64,000 nucleotides of DNA from Octopus bimaculoides (Eukaryota): the NCBI RefSeq assembly GCF_001194135.2, contig NC_068987.1:47775877-47839876 (forward strand). Direction: 5' to 3'. Numbering within the stretch: the stretch's first letter is position 1; the number at the start of each line of letters is the position of its first letter. The translations under genes were made by a program, and so were the position numbers. The notes beneath the pieces were generated by a model. That model saw only the letters and a list, made by a program, of their open reading frames with translations, was not told the origin of the DNA and ran no database searches. Shown piece after piece: positions 50,272 through 64,000 of this stretch.

Positions 50272-51261
50272 CAATAACTCTGCAAACAATATTTCCAGAA
50301 TGTTCAACTCTAATATGTACTTCACACCAATACAAAAACTGTCTTTCGAATAAGCAGATGTGCTTCAAGAGAACACAGCTTGAATTTTACCCTACTCTAC
50401 ATTATATGTATATATCAATGTATATGTACACATGCACACACACACATGCAAATGTATATATATATATATATAGTTTTGTAAGGAACAGTTTGATTGTGAC
50501 ATCGAAGTTTCAGCTTGCTAGCTTTTATCAGACTGTCTGCTGAAAGTTCATAGCCACTGTCAACCTTTTTCCTTGAAAAAGTTAATAGATATGTACTCTA
50601 CCAAAAAATATTTAGTAATCCTTCAGTTTGATATTAAATTGTTTTTATATATAATTTTACCATTAATATACACACACACACATTATATATGTATGTGTGT
50701 GTGTGTCACCATCATCATCATCATTTAACAGTTTTTCATACTTTATTTCTATACAGGTACAAAAAATCTTCAATTTTCCTTCATTTCTTCTGGCTGATAT
50801 TACTACAGTACAACTGTGTACACTACCAAAAGCGTTTTATTCCTATATATAAATATATTTCAGCTGTTGTTTTCGCAATGTTACTGTTGTTATTAATGCT
50901 GACATTAATATCATTGCACAGAAGGACAGTGGATGGGCAGAAGTAGTAGTCTTGCTGTAGTGGATTGTTTAAAGTCTGAGTTTTGAGACTCTACTCTTTA
51001 TCATAGGTTGGCTGCAGGCAGGGGAGGTGGGAATCCATACATCGTTTAGTCTAGTTCTCCAGCATTTTAAACTACAGGTCTGTTATGTGCTGGTAAATTC
51101 TTTGCAATTCTACTCTGGAATTTGGTGTCCTTTCCTATTGGAGTCTTTCCACTCTACTTCAATCACTTATGTAATTGGATAAGGCATGAACATCCTAAGT
51201 TAGCATATTTTTCTCTTCAGTAATTCTGAGACTTCATGCTTGTTAGAAAGTATTGTTATTA

Positions 51262-54200
51262 TATGGCAGTGGATTGATGGAATTGTTAGAGCATTAAACA
51301 AAATACTTTGTGGTGGGTTTTGTTTTTTCTTCAGCTCTTTACATTCTGAGTTCGAAACTTGTTGAGGTAAAGCTTTACCTTTCGTCCTAGATAAAATAAA
51401 GTACCAGCTAAGTACTGGAGTCGATGGTATCGACTAAGCCACCACTCAACAAATTTATGGCCTTGTGCCTACGCTAGAAATTATTGTTATTATCATTATT
51501 ATTGTTAAAATGCTGCCAAGGTCAACTTTGCCTTTCATCCTTTCAGGGTTGATAAAATAAGTACCAGTTGAACACTTACTAGGATCAATGTAATTGACTT
51601 ACCCTTTCCCCAAAAATTTCAGGCCTTTTGCCTATAGTAGGAAGAATTATTATTATTATTATTATTAAGGCAGCAAGTTGGCAGAATTATTAGTATGCTG
51701 GAGGGAATGCTTAGCTGTATTTCGTCCATCGCTATGTTCTGAGTTCAAATTCCACTGAGGCCAACTTCGCCTTTCATCCTTTTGAGGTCGATAAAATAAG
51801 TACCAGTTGAACATTGGGTCGATATAATTGACTCATGCCCACCTCCCCCAAGCTGCCCTTGTGGCAAAATTTGGAATAATAATTATTATTATTATTATTG
51901 TTATTGTTAATATTGTCAGACAAATCATATATATATATATATAAATATATATTGGAGATGACCTCCTCAAACATATCAAATAATAATGAACCAAAAAAAT
52001 AAATGTATAATTGAAAACTAAAAAATTTTTAAAAACTATATATGTAAAAATAACAGAAAAATTGTTTATCTAAACATTATTAAAATTGAAAATTTACTGG
52101 AGAAAAATAAACAATTAAATTTGTTAAAGCAATATAATGCAAATAACAATTAAATAATAAAAAAACATTTTGGAAATTTTTAGACTGGTGATAATTCCAG
52201 GTAACGACAATACTAAAATTATATTTAATTTATTGTAAGAATTATTTGTTCTATGAAAAAAAAAAAAAGACATCAAAATATCTGTTTCTGTAATCTTAAC
52301 TTTTAGTGTGTTGGCTTAGTTATATTATTATTGTTGTTGCTGTTGTTAAGTTAGCGCCTCTTATTTTCTAATTCAAATGCCACAGAGATTGGACTTTACC
52401 CTTATCCTTCAGGGATTTGATCAAATAAGTGCCAGTTATATACTAAGGTTCAGCTGAAGTGAAAATTTGTAGCTTTGCTACAGTGTCAAAAATTAGCTGA
52501 AATCGCTAAAGTGTCAGATGAAACATGTGGTATTTCATCTGACTGGCTCTCTGTGTTCTAAGTTCATGGCTTTCTATGTTCTGAATTCAAATCCCACCAA
52601 GGTCAACTTTGGCTTCCATCCTTTCATAGTCAATAAAATAAGGTACAAGTCAAGTACTAGTATTCATAAAATGAAGTACCAGCCAAGTAATGTAATCAAC
52701 CAACCCCCTCTCCCTATAATTGCTGGCCTCATATCTAAATTATTATAATTATCATTGTTGTTATTATTATTATTATTATATTCCGACGAGGTTGACTTCG
52801 CCTTTCATCCTTTCGGGGTTGATAAATTAAGTACCTGTGAAACACTGGGGTCAATATAAGCAACTAGTCCCCTTCCCCCAAATTTCAGGCTTTGTGCCTT
52901 TAGTAGAAAGGACTTATTGTTATTAAAATGGTGAGCTGGCAGTATCGTTAGCATGCCAGGCAAAATGCTTAGTAGCATTTCATCCCTCTGAGTTCAAATT
53001 CTGTCAAGATCAACTTCACCTTTCATCTTTTCAGGGTAGATAAAATAAGTACCAGTTGAACATTGGAGTCAGTGTAATTGACTTACTCCTCCTCTAAACA
53101 CTGCTGGACTTGTGCCAAAATTTGAAGCCGTTATTATTATTATAAAGGTGGTGAGCCAGCCGAATCATTAACGCGCTGGACGAAACTTTGCCTTTCATCC
53201 TTTCGGGGTTGATGAAATAAGTACCAGTTATGCACTGAAGACAGTGTAATCAACTAGCCCCCTCCCCCAAAATTTCAGGTTTTGTGCCTATTGTAGAAAG
53301 GATTAGTATTATTAGGGAGAAAATGGCAGTAGCATTCATCCAGCACTTTTGAATAAAAACAATGCTTCTGACTTTAAGGGCAGAATTGTTAGCATGCTGG
53401 GTGAAATGCTTTGCAGCATTTTGTCTGCTTTCATGTTCTGAGTTCAAATTCCGCCGAGGTCCACTTTGCCTTTCATCCTTTTGAGATCGATAAAATAAGT
53501 ACTAGTCGAGTACTGGAATTNNNNNNNNNNNNNNNNNNNNNNNNNNNNNNNNNNNNNNNNNNNNNNNNNNNNNNNNNNNNNNNNNNNNNNNNNNNNNNNN
53601 NNNNNNNNNNNNNNNNNNNNNNNNNNNNNNNNNNNNNNNNNNNNNNNNNNNNNNNNNNNNNNNNNNNNNNNNNNNNNNNNNNNNNNNNNNNNNNNNNNNN
53701 NNNNNNNNNNNNNNNNNNNNNNNNNNNNNNNNNNNNNNNNNNNNNNNNNNNNNNNNNNNNNNNNNNNNNNNNNNNNNNNNNNNNNNNNNNNNNNNNNNNN
53801 NNNNNNNNNNNNNNNNNNNNNNNNNNNNNNNNNNNNNNNNNNNNNNNNNNNNNNNNNNNNNNNNNNNNNNNNNNNNNNNNNNNNNNNNNNNNNNNNNNNN
53901 NNNNNNNNNNNNNNNNNNNNNNNNNNNNNNNNNNNNNNNNNNNNNNNNNNNNNNNNNNNNNNNNNNNNNNNNNNNNNNNNNNNNNNNNNNNNNNNNNNNN
54001 NNNNNNNNNNNNNNNNNNNNNNNNNNNNNNNNNNNNNNNNNNNNNNNNNNNNNNNNNNNNNNNNNNNNNNNNNNNNNNNNNNNNNNNNNNNNNNNNNNNN
54101 NNNNNNNNNNNNNNNNNNNNNNNNNNNNNNNNNNNNNNNNNNNNNNNNNNNNNNNNNNNNNNNNNNAAGGTGATGTGCTGACAGAATCAGTAGCATATCA

Positions 54201-55049
54201 GACAGAAAGCTTAGCAGCATTTCTTCCAGCTCTTTACATCCTCAGTTCAAATTCTCGCAAGGTTAACTCCGCCTTTCATTCTTTCTAGGTTAATAAAATA
54301 AGTGCTAGTTAAGCACTGAGGTCAATGTCATCAACAAACCCCCCCCCACTCCCATCTCCTAAAATTTCTGGTCCTGTGCCAAAATTTGTAACTATTATTA
54401 TCATTTCTATTTTCCTTTCTTTTCCTATGTTACCTGTGTCGTGTTTTAGCTTCTTCCTGCAACTTAGAGGCGCAACACTTTTCTCAACACATGCTGTTCT
54501 AAGTATTGCTGCCAACCATGTACTTCCTATGATGCTTATTATTTGCAGCTTTTCATGCCAAAATATTGCTTTCTTCTTCTTTTGATGATGATGATTAATA
54601 TTATTAAGGTGGTGAGCTGGCAGAATTGTAGCATGCTGGGAAAAATGCTTAGTGTTATTTCTTCTGTCTTCACATTCTGAGTTCAAATTTTGCTAAGGTT
54701 GACTTTGTCTTTCATCCTTTCACGGGCAATAAAATAAATACCAGTCGAGTACTGGGGTCAATGTAATTGACTATCTCTCTCTTCCAAATTTCAGGCCTTG
54801 TGCCTTTAGTAGAAGAGATTACTATCATTATTATTAAGATGGTGAATTGGCAGAATCATTAGCACACTGGACAAAATGCTTAGTGATATTTCATCCGTCT
54901 TTACGTTCTGAGTTCAAATTCCACCAAGGTTGACTTTGCCTTTCATCATTTCTGAGTCGATAAATTAAGTACCAGTTGTGTACTGGGGTCGATCTAATCG
55001 ACTGGCCCCCTCCTTCAAAATTTCAGGCCTTGTGCCTAAAGTAGAAAAA

Positions 55050-55075
<26 letters not shown>
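51262..55075 (+). repeat. Head-to-tail array of about 12 full or partial Nin/Deu-domain SINEs
   Basis: Same unit as 31022-31980, repeated in one orientation with (ATT)n linkers. Interrupted by the gap at 53521-54166. Confidence 0.85.
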
Positions 55076-55080
<5 letters not shown>

Positions 55081-56172
55081 GTGTAGTGAGTTGACAGGAG
55101 TGGGTGAGTGATGTACAAAATGCATTGCAATTCTTACATTCCTTTGTGTTCTAAATTCAAATCCTTCTATGGTTGATTAGGTATTTTTCAAGACTCTTTC
55201 AAGATTTAATAAATTTAAGTATCAACAAAATATAATTAACTGTACTTTTCTCCCCAAATTTGAACCTATCTAATTATATTTATTTATTTCTCTCTCTCTC
55301 TCCCTCCATATTTTTTTATAAATCAGCCCAAATTTATTTATCTTAATTGATATTATATATATATATATATATATATTGAAAGACTTTCTGTTAACTCTTA
55401 AATGTTTAACGTTGGGTAAACATCCTGACATTTTTTCATCAACTCCCTAATTTAGTAAATTCAATCAACTACCAGCCATATGTTTGCCCCACTTCTTGTA
55501 TCATAACTTGGCTTACACTTTCTCATTTTGTGCTTCCATTTTGGGAAATTTGTACTATGCATGATAATTTCCTAAGGTAAAAGAATTTGGGTGTCAACAT
55601 CAAGTTCTATGTTTTGTTAGTTGCCTATTTATATAGTAATTTACTGTAAACATTTGTGCTGTGTCATAAAAATAGAACAGCATTTCAGGTTGACCTATTT
55701 AAAGTCCACTTGTGTTTTATGGGTTACTTTTAAGCTTTGCGTCTCAAGTGTGTTGTACTGTTACTTAGACCATAACTATTCTTACTGAGTTACCCATTTT
55801 ATAGTAGGTTGTATTGACATCTCATATTGTGCTTGTCAACTAACTATCCTAAAGTAAACTGGATAAATATTCTGTGGTTTTTCTTTTTTATTTTCTTTTT
55901 ATATACAATCAACCTCTATTTGTGTTACAAATTGAGTCCCCATCTTATGTTGTTAACTGGGTCCTTATCTTCTGTGTTTGTCAACAACTTAAAAATAATA
56001 CACAGGGTCAACGTGAGACCCTGATTGTAAGTACTGGTTCATCTTAAACTTATAAACTCACTCAACATAATGTTAATATTCAAAACGATCAACTTACAAA
56101 TTTTGGGTTGCCAAAATATCTGAACTTAGTTTTAACAAGGAATGTTACTATCATTATATATAAATGAATGTA

Positions 56173-56214
<42 letters not shown>

Positions 56215-59200
56215 TGCATATATAGATTCAACATATGTCAATAGGTTTCTTGAAAAAGAATGAGCCATTTTACGACTAGCTCTTTACCTTGTTAGCCTGT
56301 ATTTTCTCATGAAAGGATCAATCTGTTATTGTAATATGTAGTAGTACAGACGTTGCTCTACACAATTGTCATTGCAGACTAATATCTCAGGCTATACAAC
56401 ATCTGTTACTGTGCAAATCTGATTCTGAATGCAATACATTCATATGTGACATGTTAACATTTGTCACTGTGTATTTAGTCTGGTCTGTTCTTTATTACTG
56501 TACATGTATGTAGCTGTATGCCTATTAATGCATACTGTTTCTGTGATGTGTGTTTACTGTATGTTGTAGCTGTACAGTTTGATTCCCCTTAGCTGAAAAC
56601 GTTTTTTTCTTTTTCTTTGCTTTCGTTTTTTACCTGTTTTGTGTACATCTGCAGCTGTAGATATACATACAAACCTGCATATGTACATATCTCTTCTTAT
56701 ACATTCCTCTTAACGTCCACTTCTATTCTGGTGGGGAGTATCATGTGATGAAGCTGAAAATAAAAATATTTAAAAAATAAATAAATAAAATAACTATTAC
56801 TGTCAAGAAGATGGTTTTATTTTCTTTCTTTGGTTTTTCTTTCTTTTCTTAATGTTTTACTGTTATTTTATATTTTACTTATTTTATGTTCAGTTAAAAC
56901 TTGCAAGATTGTTGTTGTTGTTATATTTTTGTTAATATCTCTAAGTAGAACATAAGAGCAGTGGATTGGCAGAATTGTTAAAGCACCAGACAAAATGCCA
57001 TGTATTATTTCTTCTGGGTTCTAAGTTCAGAACCCACTGCAGTCAACTTTGCTTTTTATCTTTTCAACTCAATAAAATGAAGTACCAGACAACTACTGGG
57101 ACCAGTTGAATGGGATGTGGGTAATCAATAACATTGACCTCAGCACTAGATCAGTGCTTTATTTTGTCAAAAGGCCGAAAAGCAGAGTTGACCTCGGCAG
57201 GATTTGAACTCAGAATATAAAAAATCAGTACTGTTAGGCATATTTCAAATGCTCTAAATTAGACATAAGGTTAGTTATTCAAGAAGAATTCAGGTGGAGT
57301 GGCAAGTGGGTTTGTGTGGATGGGTGATGGCAAGGTTAGTTGAAATGACTGACTTTTGTGTATCTACAGATATTTATTTTCTCAACTCCCAGAAACATTA
57401 GTTAAAATAGTGGCTAGATTTGATCTGAGAGCATACAAGGATAAGACTAAATACTGTAATTAGCATGTTGCTAATTCAAGGTTTTGAGTTGACTAAATTG
57501 TTCAGAGGAAATAACTGCAAGACCATATAAGCAAAATTAATATTTTATCATGAACAAGAATTGAAAAATGTATTGTTGAGCTAATGCACAATGACATCAA
57601 GAACATACAGTAGCTAATTGCTATTAGTTCAGTTGAAACTTCATGATCTATCTATCTATCTATATATATGTGTGTGTACATACGTATGTATGTATGCATG
57701 TGTGTGTGTATATTTATATATATGTGTGTGTCTAGATGTTATAAACAAGCATCATCATCATACAATCAGTGTCTTTGTTTCCAACCTCCTGTGAAAATGT
57801 GTAGCCATGGAGAAATATCACCTTGCTTGGAAGCAGATAAAGACTGGTGATAAGAAAGATATCCAACTATAGGAAATCTACCTCGATAAAATTCATGTGA
57901 CCCATAGAAGCATAGAAAAATGAAAGTTTAAATGATGATGATGATAGTGATATTGGAAGACAAGTTGTGTATATGATGTGGTTTATGGATGATATAACCA
58001 GATGTATTTACAATTCTTCCAGTTTAAATTACTGTGACTATGTGTCTGTGTGTTTGTATATGTGAAAGGATACAGCTGACAGTGTAATCATCTGTCAGAG
58101 AAATCAGTGAATCTGGTCCATTCTTGGAAGAAAATCAATCAATCTCTTATTGAAAAGAATCCACTAGTTAAGGGGTTTGGGTGCAAAAGTGGGAGTTTTT
58201 TTTGTAAGGATTTTAGTGTTTCAATAGAATTTCCATTATGCATTTTTCTACATTCTTTGAACTATGCCAGAATATAGAAATCAAAAATATGCTGGAACTT
58301 GGACAATTGCATTTTGTCATTAAAAGATTATTATTCCATGTTATTTGATAAAATTATGATTAGCTTTAATGGTTTGGTCACCTGTTGCCTTAACAGCTAT
58401 TTGGCAATATAGCACAAGTCAACAGGACACACTGGATAATGTGATCCTAGAAACACTATGCTCGAAAAACAGATTAAAAGCTCATAACCTAAAATTCATC
58501 TTAGGTCTTCTCAATCAGGATTGACCTCAGGTTAACAAATGATCTAGAACAATGCCATTTCTGCCGACTTTTTTTAACTAACAAGTAAGATATCTAAATT
58601 TCATAGTAATGGGGTCAGGAAGTCTAAACATTTGATTTCTAAGGCATTTTCTCAGAATTATTATCAGCAAAAGTAATGGGGAATTGAAACCAAAATGAAG
58701 TTTTGGCTTGTCTCATTGCTTGTTTTTTTGCTCACATCCCATTCTAAATAATGATGGTTTCTCGAGCATAGTTACTAATTTTGGTAAAGTATAGTTGTTT
58801 CAATTAACATAATTATGATATAATTATTCTACAGAATTTAGAGCAGTGATTTTTCAACCTTTTTTTATCCAAAGCCCAGTGAAAAAGGCACTAAAAGTGT
58901 TACAATACACTATTTTTGCTTTTTAAAAAGTTTTATTACATAAAAAGAAAACAAGTATTCAAATTGTTTTAAAAGAGATATAGGTGCTCACACTGCCTTT
59001 TGTTACTAGGGAACATACGTGCATTGTCAAAATGCACAAGCATCAGTGAATGTACATTAAAAGCACTCAAATTTTTCTTAAATAACCAGATATTTTCTGA
59101 CTCACCTCAAAAATTCATGGCCCTCAGCAACATGTAGCCAACTCTTTTTCACATGTGGGTACAGTAGGCTGGTCAGGAATATTTGGTCTGTAGGAGCACT

Positions 59201-60264
59201 AAAATAAGATCTTGGCTACCCAATTTTCTTTTCCAGTTGTTACTAATCTCCTTTACTTCACTTTGGGTGTGTTCTATAACCAGTGAGATTCCATTAGACT
59301 ATCACAGACATCTTCCCCTTTATGCTGTGATATCATAAGTAGTACAATATGCACTCACAGGAGAAGCTAAACTCAGCAATTGAAGCTAACAAAACATCAA
59401 ATTCATTATAGTGTCACTACTTTTGTTAGTAAGTTGCACTACTCTGTAGTATCAGTTTACAGCTATGTAGATTGGATTTCTACTTGAATAATAATTTTGA
59501 AGTTTTATATGCTCTTTTACACACACACACACACATTACATCATATTTAGTTATATGCTACAATTTAAGTTGCTATTGATGTTCAGTTTAATTTTCTGTA
59601 GGTTGGAATATCTTAGACTATAGGACTGCTCAGTCAAGGATTATCGAACAACTCAATTATATCAAACATATTGAGAATCTCTAACTTAACCACAAGGCCA
59701 GAGATTTTAGGAAGGGACAACTGTTTATTAGAGAGCTATGAACAACAGATTCAATATCCATTGCTGATGAAGTGTAACGATACAGAAACACAAATGCCCT
59801 ACAGTCTGATGGCATCATCACAGCCTAATGATGTAATTTTCACACATTGTTTATAAGGAGAATTTCTCTCCTGAATTAATTTCTACAGCAGAGCTCTTTC
59901 CATGTTTGAGTACACATGAACATGCTAAATATAACTGTACACATATATGTAGCTGTATTTGTCATTAGTCTCTACAAATCTCCAAAGACAATAAGATGTT
60001 CTCAAAGAATAACTACACAGGCAATTCAAAAGCAAAGTGTTTTTATAATTCTTACCATTACTAATTATTTTCTGCTTCTTTTCTATTGAAAGTGAACATC
60101 ATTTCGACATACTGTCAAACTTTGAGTAGTAGGTCTAACATGCTGCACAGTTTAGCAATGCAGCTTGAGCCTTGGGTACTTTTCATCAATATTTACTTGA
60201 TTGCAAACATTCAAACCTGGCCTTCAGTTCTGTCTCCACTCACATTTTTCTTGCAGACATTTAC

Positions 60265-60312
60265 CTGCAGATGGATTTCTGGTTGAGAATCAGTAGCAAC
60301 AGTTTTAAACAC
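60265..60312 (-). other. Candidate 48-nt minus-strand exon of an unidentified gene
   Basis: tcttttgtag|GTGTTT...CTGCAG|gtaaat. Open reading VFKTVATDSQPEIHLQ. No homology recognised. Confidence 0.25.
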
Positions 60313-60833
60313 CTACAAAAGACAGTTTTAAACACCTACAAAAGACATGCCTTTTCTATGTTCAGGCTGAACTATGATTATGTCAATCTGCTAGTCTGGG
60401 AAACCTTGGCCAAAGGTACTGGTCATAGGTACTGATCTTATTCTTAAAACAAATATTTTTTAAAAATCAACATCTCACCCCACTGACATTGTTGTCAGGG
60501 ATATGGCACTAATTCATCTAATGACACCGTACTAAACAATCAAAATAAAAATGAAGATACTTTGGAGAGATGTTAGTTATTTCGCAAAATTTCTCTTTTA
60601 ATTTTCTTTAAAATGTATTTGCTTTCTTTGTGCATGTTGTAACACCAATAAAGGAGATAGGCTTTCTAAAATTTTTCAAAACTATTTTATCTAGTTAGGA
60701 ATCTTGGGATCCTAAAATATTTATTTTTCTGTATTATTTTTATCATATATATATATGTGTCATAAATTGATGTGGAATTATTTCTCTATTCTGCAGCATT
60801 CCTAGAATATATTTTAGCATTTCTAGAAAAAAC

Positions 60834-60868
<35 letters not shown>

Positions 60869-61660
60869 CAGAAAATGGAGAACACTTTTGATCATTTCCT
60901 CCATTTTCTGATTATTTAAATTTGATTGCGGATAAACTTTTGTTTATTCAGTTATTACCTGTACCCTATGAGCATAGTATGCCTGCATACCCATGCCCAG
61001 GGATAGCTTAGGTAAATGATACCGGTAGTAATAACAGATATACTTATCCCTTAGATAAGTTATTCCAACTGCTAATTCTGCTTACCTTATGTATATATGT
61101 ATGTATGTATGTGTGTGTGTGCATATACATGTATGTATGTTTGTTTGTTTGTATGTATGTATATATGGATCAAAACAGTTTGATGCCAATTTGTTGGTAC
61201 TCTGAGTTTCAAGTGTGATGCTAATCTTCAGACATTTTGAATTTGAATGAGAGAAGTTCATTGTTATTACCATAAGGTAGGCTGCGATTGTTCAAGGAAG
61301 GTCATGTGGTATCGTGGTTTGATGTTGATATATCAATGACAACAATTACTTGGAAAATACCATGTGGTGTACAGGTAGTCAATCGCTTGGTGGACAGGAA
61401 ATCAGTCATGTTGCTGGAGGAGAAGTAGGAAGGGGCAGTATGTGTAACTATATAGTTGTACATGTGAATGTGTGAACACATTTATATGGTTTTGTATGCA
61501 TGTCTGTATTGCTGCAAGCATGTGCATCTCTATATGGGTGCACATGCAGAGACCCATACACACACACACATGCATGCACACACACACACACACACATGTA
61601 CATACATACACGTGTACACGCACATGAGTATACATGTGCATAATAAGCTTTGGGGATTGG

Positions 61661-61699
<39 letters not shown>

Positions 61700-63626
61700 N
61701 NNNNNNNNNNNNNNNNNNNNNNNNNNNNNNNNNNNNNNNNNNNNNNNNNNNNNNNNNNNNNNNNNNNNNNNNNNNNNNNNNNNNNNNNNNNNNNNNNNNN
61801 NNNNNNNNNNNNNNNNNNNNNNNNNNNNNNNNNNNNNNNNNNNNNNNNNNNNNNNNNNNNNNNNNNNNNNNNNNNNNNNNNNNNNNNNNNNNNNNNNNNN
61901 NNNNNNNNNNNNNNNNNNNNNNNNNNNNNNNNNNNNNNNNNNNNNNNNNNNNNNNNNNNNNNNNNNNNNNNNNNNNNNNNNNNNNNNNNNNNNNNNNNNN
62001 NNNNNNNNNNNNNNNNNNNNNNNNNNNNNNNNNNNNNNNNNNNNNNNNNNNNNNNNNNNNNNNNNNNNNNNNNNNNNNNNNNNNNNNNNNNNNNNNNNNN
62101 NNNNNNNNNNNNNNNNNNNNNNNNNNNNNNNNNNNNNNNNNNNNNNNNNNNNNNNNNNNNNNNNNNNNNNNNNNNNNNNNNNNNNNNNNNNNNNNNNNNN
62201 NNNNNNNNNNNNNNNNNNNNNNNNNNNNNNNNNNNNNNNNNNNNNNNNNNNNNNNNNNNNNNNNNNNNNNNNNNNNNNNNNNNNNNNNNNNNNNNNNNNN
62301 NNNNNNNNNNNNNNNNNNNNNNNNNNNNNNNNNNNNNNNNNNNNNNNNNNNNNNNNNNNNNNNNNNNNNNNNNNNNNNNNNNNNNNNNNNNNNNNNNNNN
62401 NNNNNNNNNNNNNNNNNNNNNNNNNNNNNNNNNNNNNNNNNNNNNNNNNNNNNNNNNNNNNNNNNNNNNNNNNNNNNNNNNNNNNNNNNNNNNNNNNNNN
62501 NNNNNNNNNNNNNNNNNNNNNNNNNNNNNNNNNNNNNNNNNNNNNNNNNNNNNNNNNNNNNNNNNNNNNNNNNNNNNNNNNNNNNNNNAAAAAAAAAATA
62601 AAACAAATTATCTTTAACAAATTCCAACAACTTTTATTATTGTTTTTTCAAAATTTTAACTATTGTGTTATGTGTGTGTGTGTGTGTAAATTAGTCTGTG
62701 AAAGAAAGAATGTATTCTCATCATTGTTGCTTTCATCATCATCATTGTTGCCTTCATCTTCATCATAGTTTCCATGTCCACTTTTCCAAGCTTGCAAAGG
62801 CAGACTTCCTTTGAGGCAGATTTTCTACCATTGGATGCCCTTCCTGTCACCAACCCTCACCTGTTCCCAAGCAAGGTAAGATTTCCCCATAATCCGTTTT
62901 TCAAGAAAGACTGAAAACAAAGGACACCACTGCTAAGACAGTGATGGAACAAACACAAGCACATACACATATGTAGTATATACAGTGCAATACCCATTTA
63001 CAAATAGTGATGATATGCTGTACAACGGCTCTATCCAGCCTAGAAAACCACTCCCTAATAGCTACTAACTCCCAATAGAATATTGCTCTCACATATGGGA
63101 CAGTGATCCTAAATTGCATTCAAAGAGCAGCCACTTAAATGATTGGCATGAAGTCAGTCACCAGTACACTCTAAACTCTGTCCCACAGACATGATGTACT
63201 CTCTCAAATTTTTCTATTGCTACTACAGGGTAACCTGCATCTTAGAGCTGGTCGACTTCATATAACCTCTATATACAGCCACTTCTGAATTATTCATCTC
63301 TGCATGCCTTGTCATCCATAGTGTCCATCCTACATAGAATATTATTCCACTGAAATCCCTTCACTACCCAAGTTATTCTTTCAGTTGATGATGTGCAACA
63401 ATTCAGGTGGAACAGTAATCACATCAACTTCATCAGACTCAGAGACCTTGCGATGCAGTGAACACAGACCCTTCCTCCAGACCAGTGATTCTCAGCTGGG
63501 GTCCATATAAGATTTTGTTGTTAAAATCTGTCTGCAATAAATTTATACATTTACAATTCACAAAATATTTTAGTAATTTTTTTTATACAACATCTAAAAA
63601 TATTCAATGATAAGAATAGAGGTGCA

Positions 63627-63790
63627 GGCATGGCTGTGTGGTAAGAAGCTTGCTTCCCAACCACATGCTTTCAGGTTCAGTCCCACTGCATGGCACCTTG
63701 AGCAAGTGTCTTCTGCTATAGCCTCAGGCCAACCAAAGCCTTGTGAATGGATTTGGTAGGCGGAAACTGAAAGAAGCCTATCGTATATAT
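63627..63790 (+). mobile_element. tRNA-derived CORE-like SINE (other copies at about 950, 6430, 11540, 13120, 23965, 33880, 38425)
   Basis: ggctgtgtggtaag (A box), ggttcagtccc (B box), gcatggcaccttgagcaagtgtc (CORE-like), ending in aagaagcc...tatatatg. Confidence 0.75.
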
Positions 63791-63793
63791 GAA

Positions 63794-63905
63794 CAGTAGT
63801 CCCCCGGTATTAGCAGGGGTTATGTTCCTAGAATGACCGTGAATAGTTAAAAACCACGTGTATTGGATGTGGTCCATAAAAATGCCTATAAATCAAAATA
63901 TGATG

Positions 63906-63946
<41 letters not shown>

Positions 63947-64000
63947 TAATATTTAACAATAATTTAATAAAAAATAAAGTAAAATGTACAGTCACCCACC
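63794..64000. mobile_element. Tigger/pogo-like DNA transposon end
   Basis: Starts CAGTAGTCCCCCGGTATTAGCAGGGG, similar to Tigger-type TIRs. Confidence 0.55.

Noticed and set aside
59758-59812. Hammerhead-like CTGATGA...tgta acga taca GAAAC...GTC
   Set aside because: There are two extra bases before stem II, no G-C closing pair, a non-palindromic 2-bp stem III with a long loop, and two wobble pairs next to the core. Likely chance.
61277-61430. Non-repetitive open frame GRLRLFKEGHVVSWFDVD...LLEEK*
   Set aside because: No start codon, a poor acceptor and no recognised homology, so it cannot be supported as an exon.
63627-63700. tRNA-like A and B boxes here and at other SINE heads
   Set aside because: No cloverleaf forms, and they continue into SINE bodies, so they are not tRNA genes.

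Overview
AT-rich, repeat-dense animal genomic DNA with eight assembly gaps. The repeat families and intron sizes point to a cephalopod, probably Octopus; this is an inference. The main host feature is a + strand short-chain dehydrogenase/reductase gene resembling DHRS12. Eight GT-AG coding exons splice in one frame from 9528 to a TAG at 45017-45019, and the first coding exon was not found. Most other sequence is mobile-element debris: Gypsy, Penelope-like, R4/Dong-like, RTE and CR1/L2 retroelements, several SINE families, Helitrons, maT, mariner, Tigger, hAT and piggyBac-type MITEs, and microsatellites. The most notable observation is a minimal type I hammerhead ribozyme with an intact catalytic core on the minus strand at 3131-3213. 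A decayed hammerhead faces it on the plus strand at 2785-2826. Other oddities include a Penelope copy with an inverted 5' end, a snap-back RTE insertion, head-to-tail SINE arrays, a 312-bp foldback, and a UAG stop followed by 149 in-frame open codons. Family names come from recalled motifs, not database searches.
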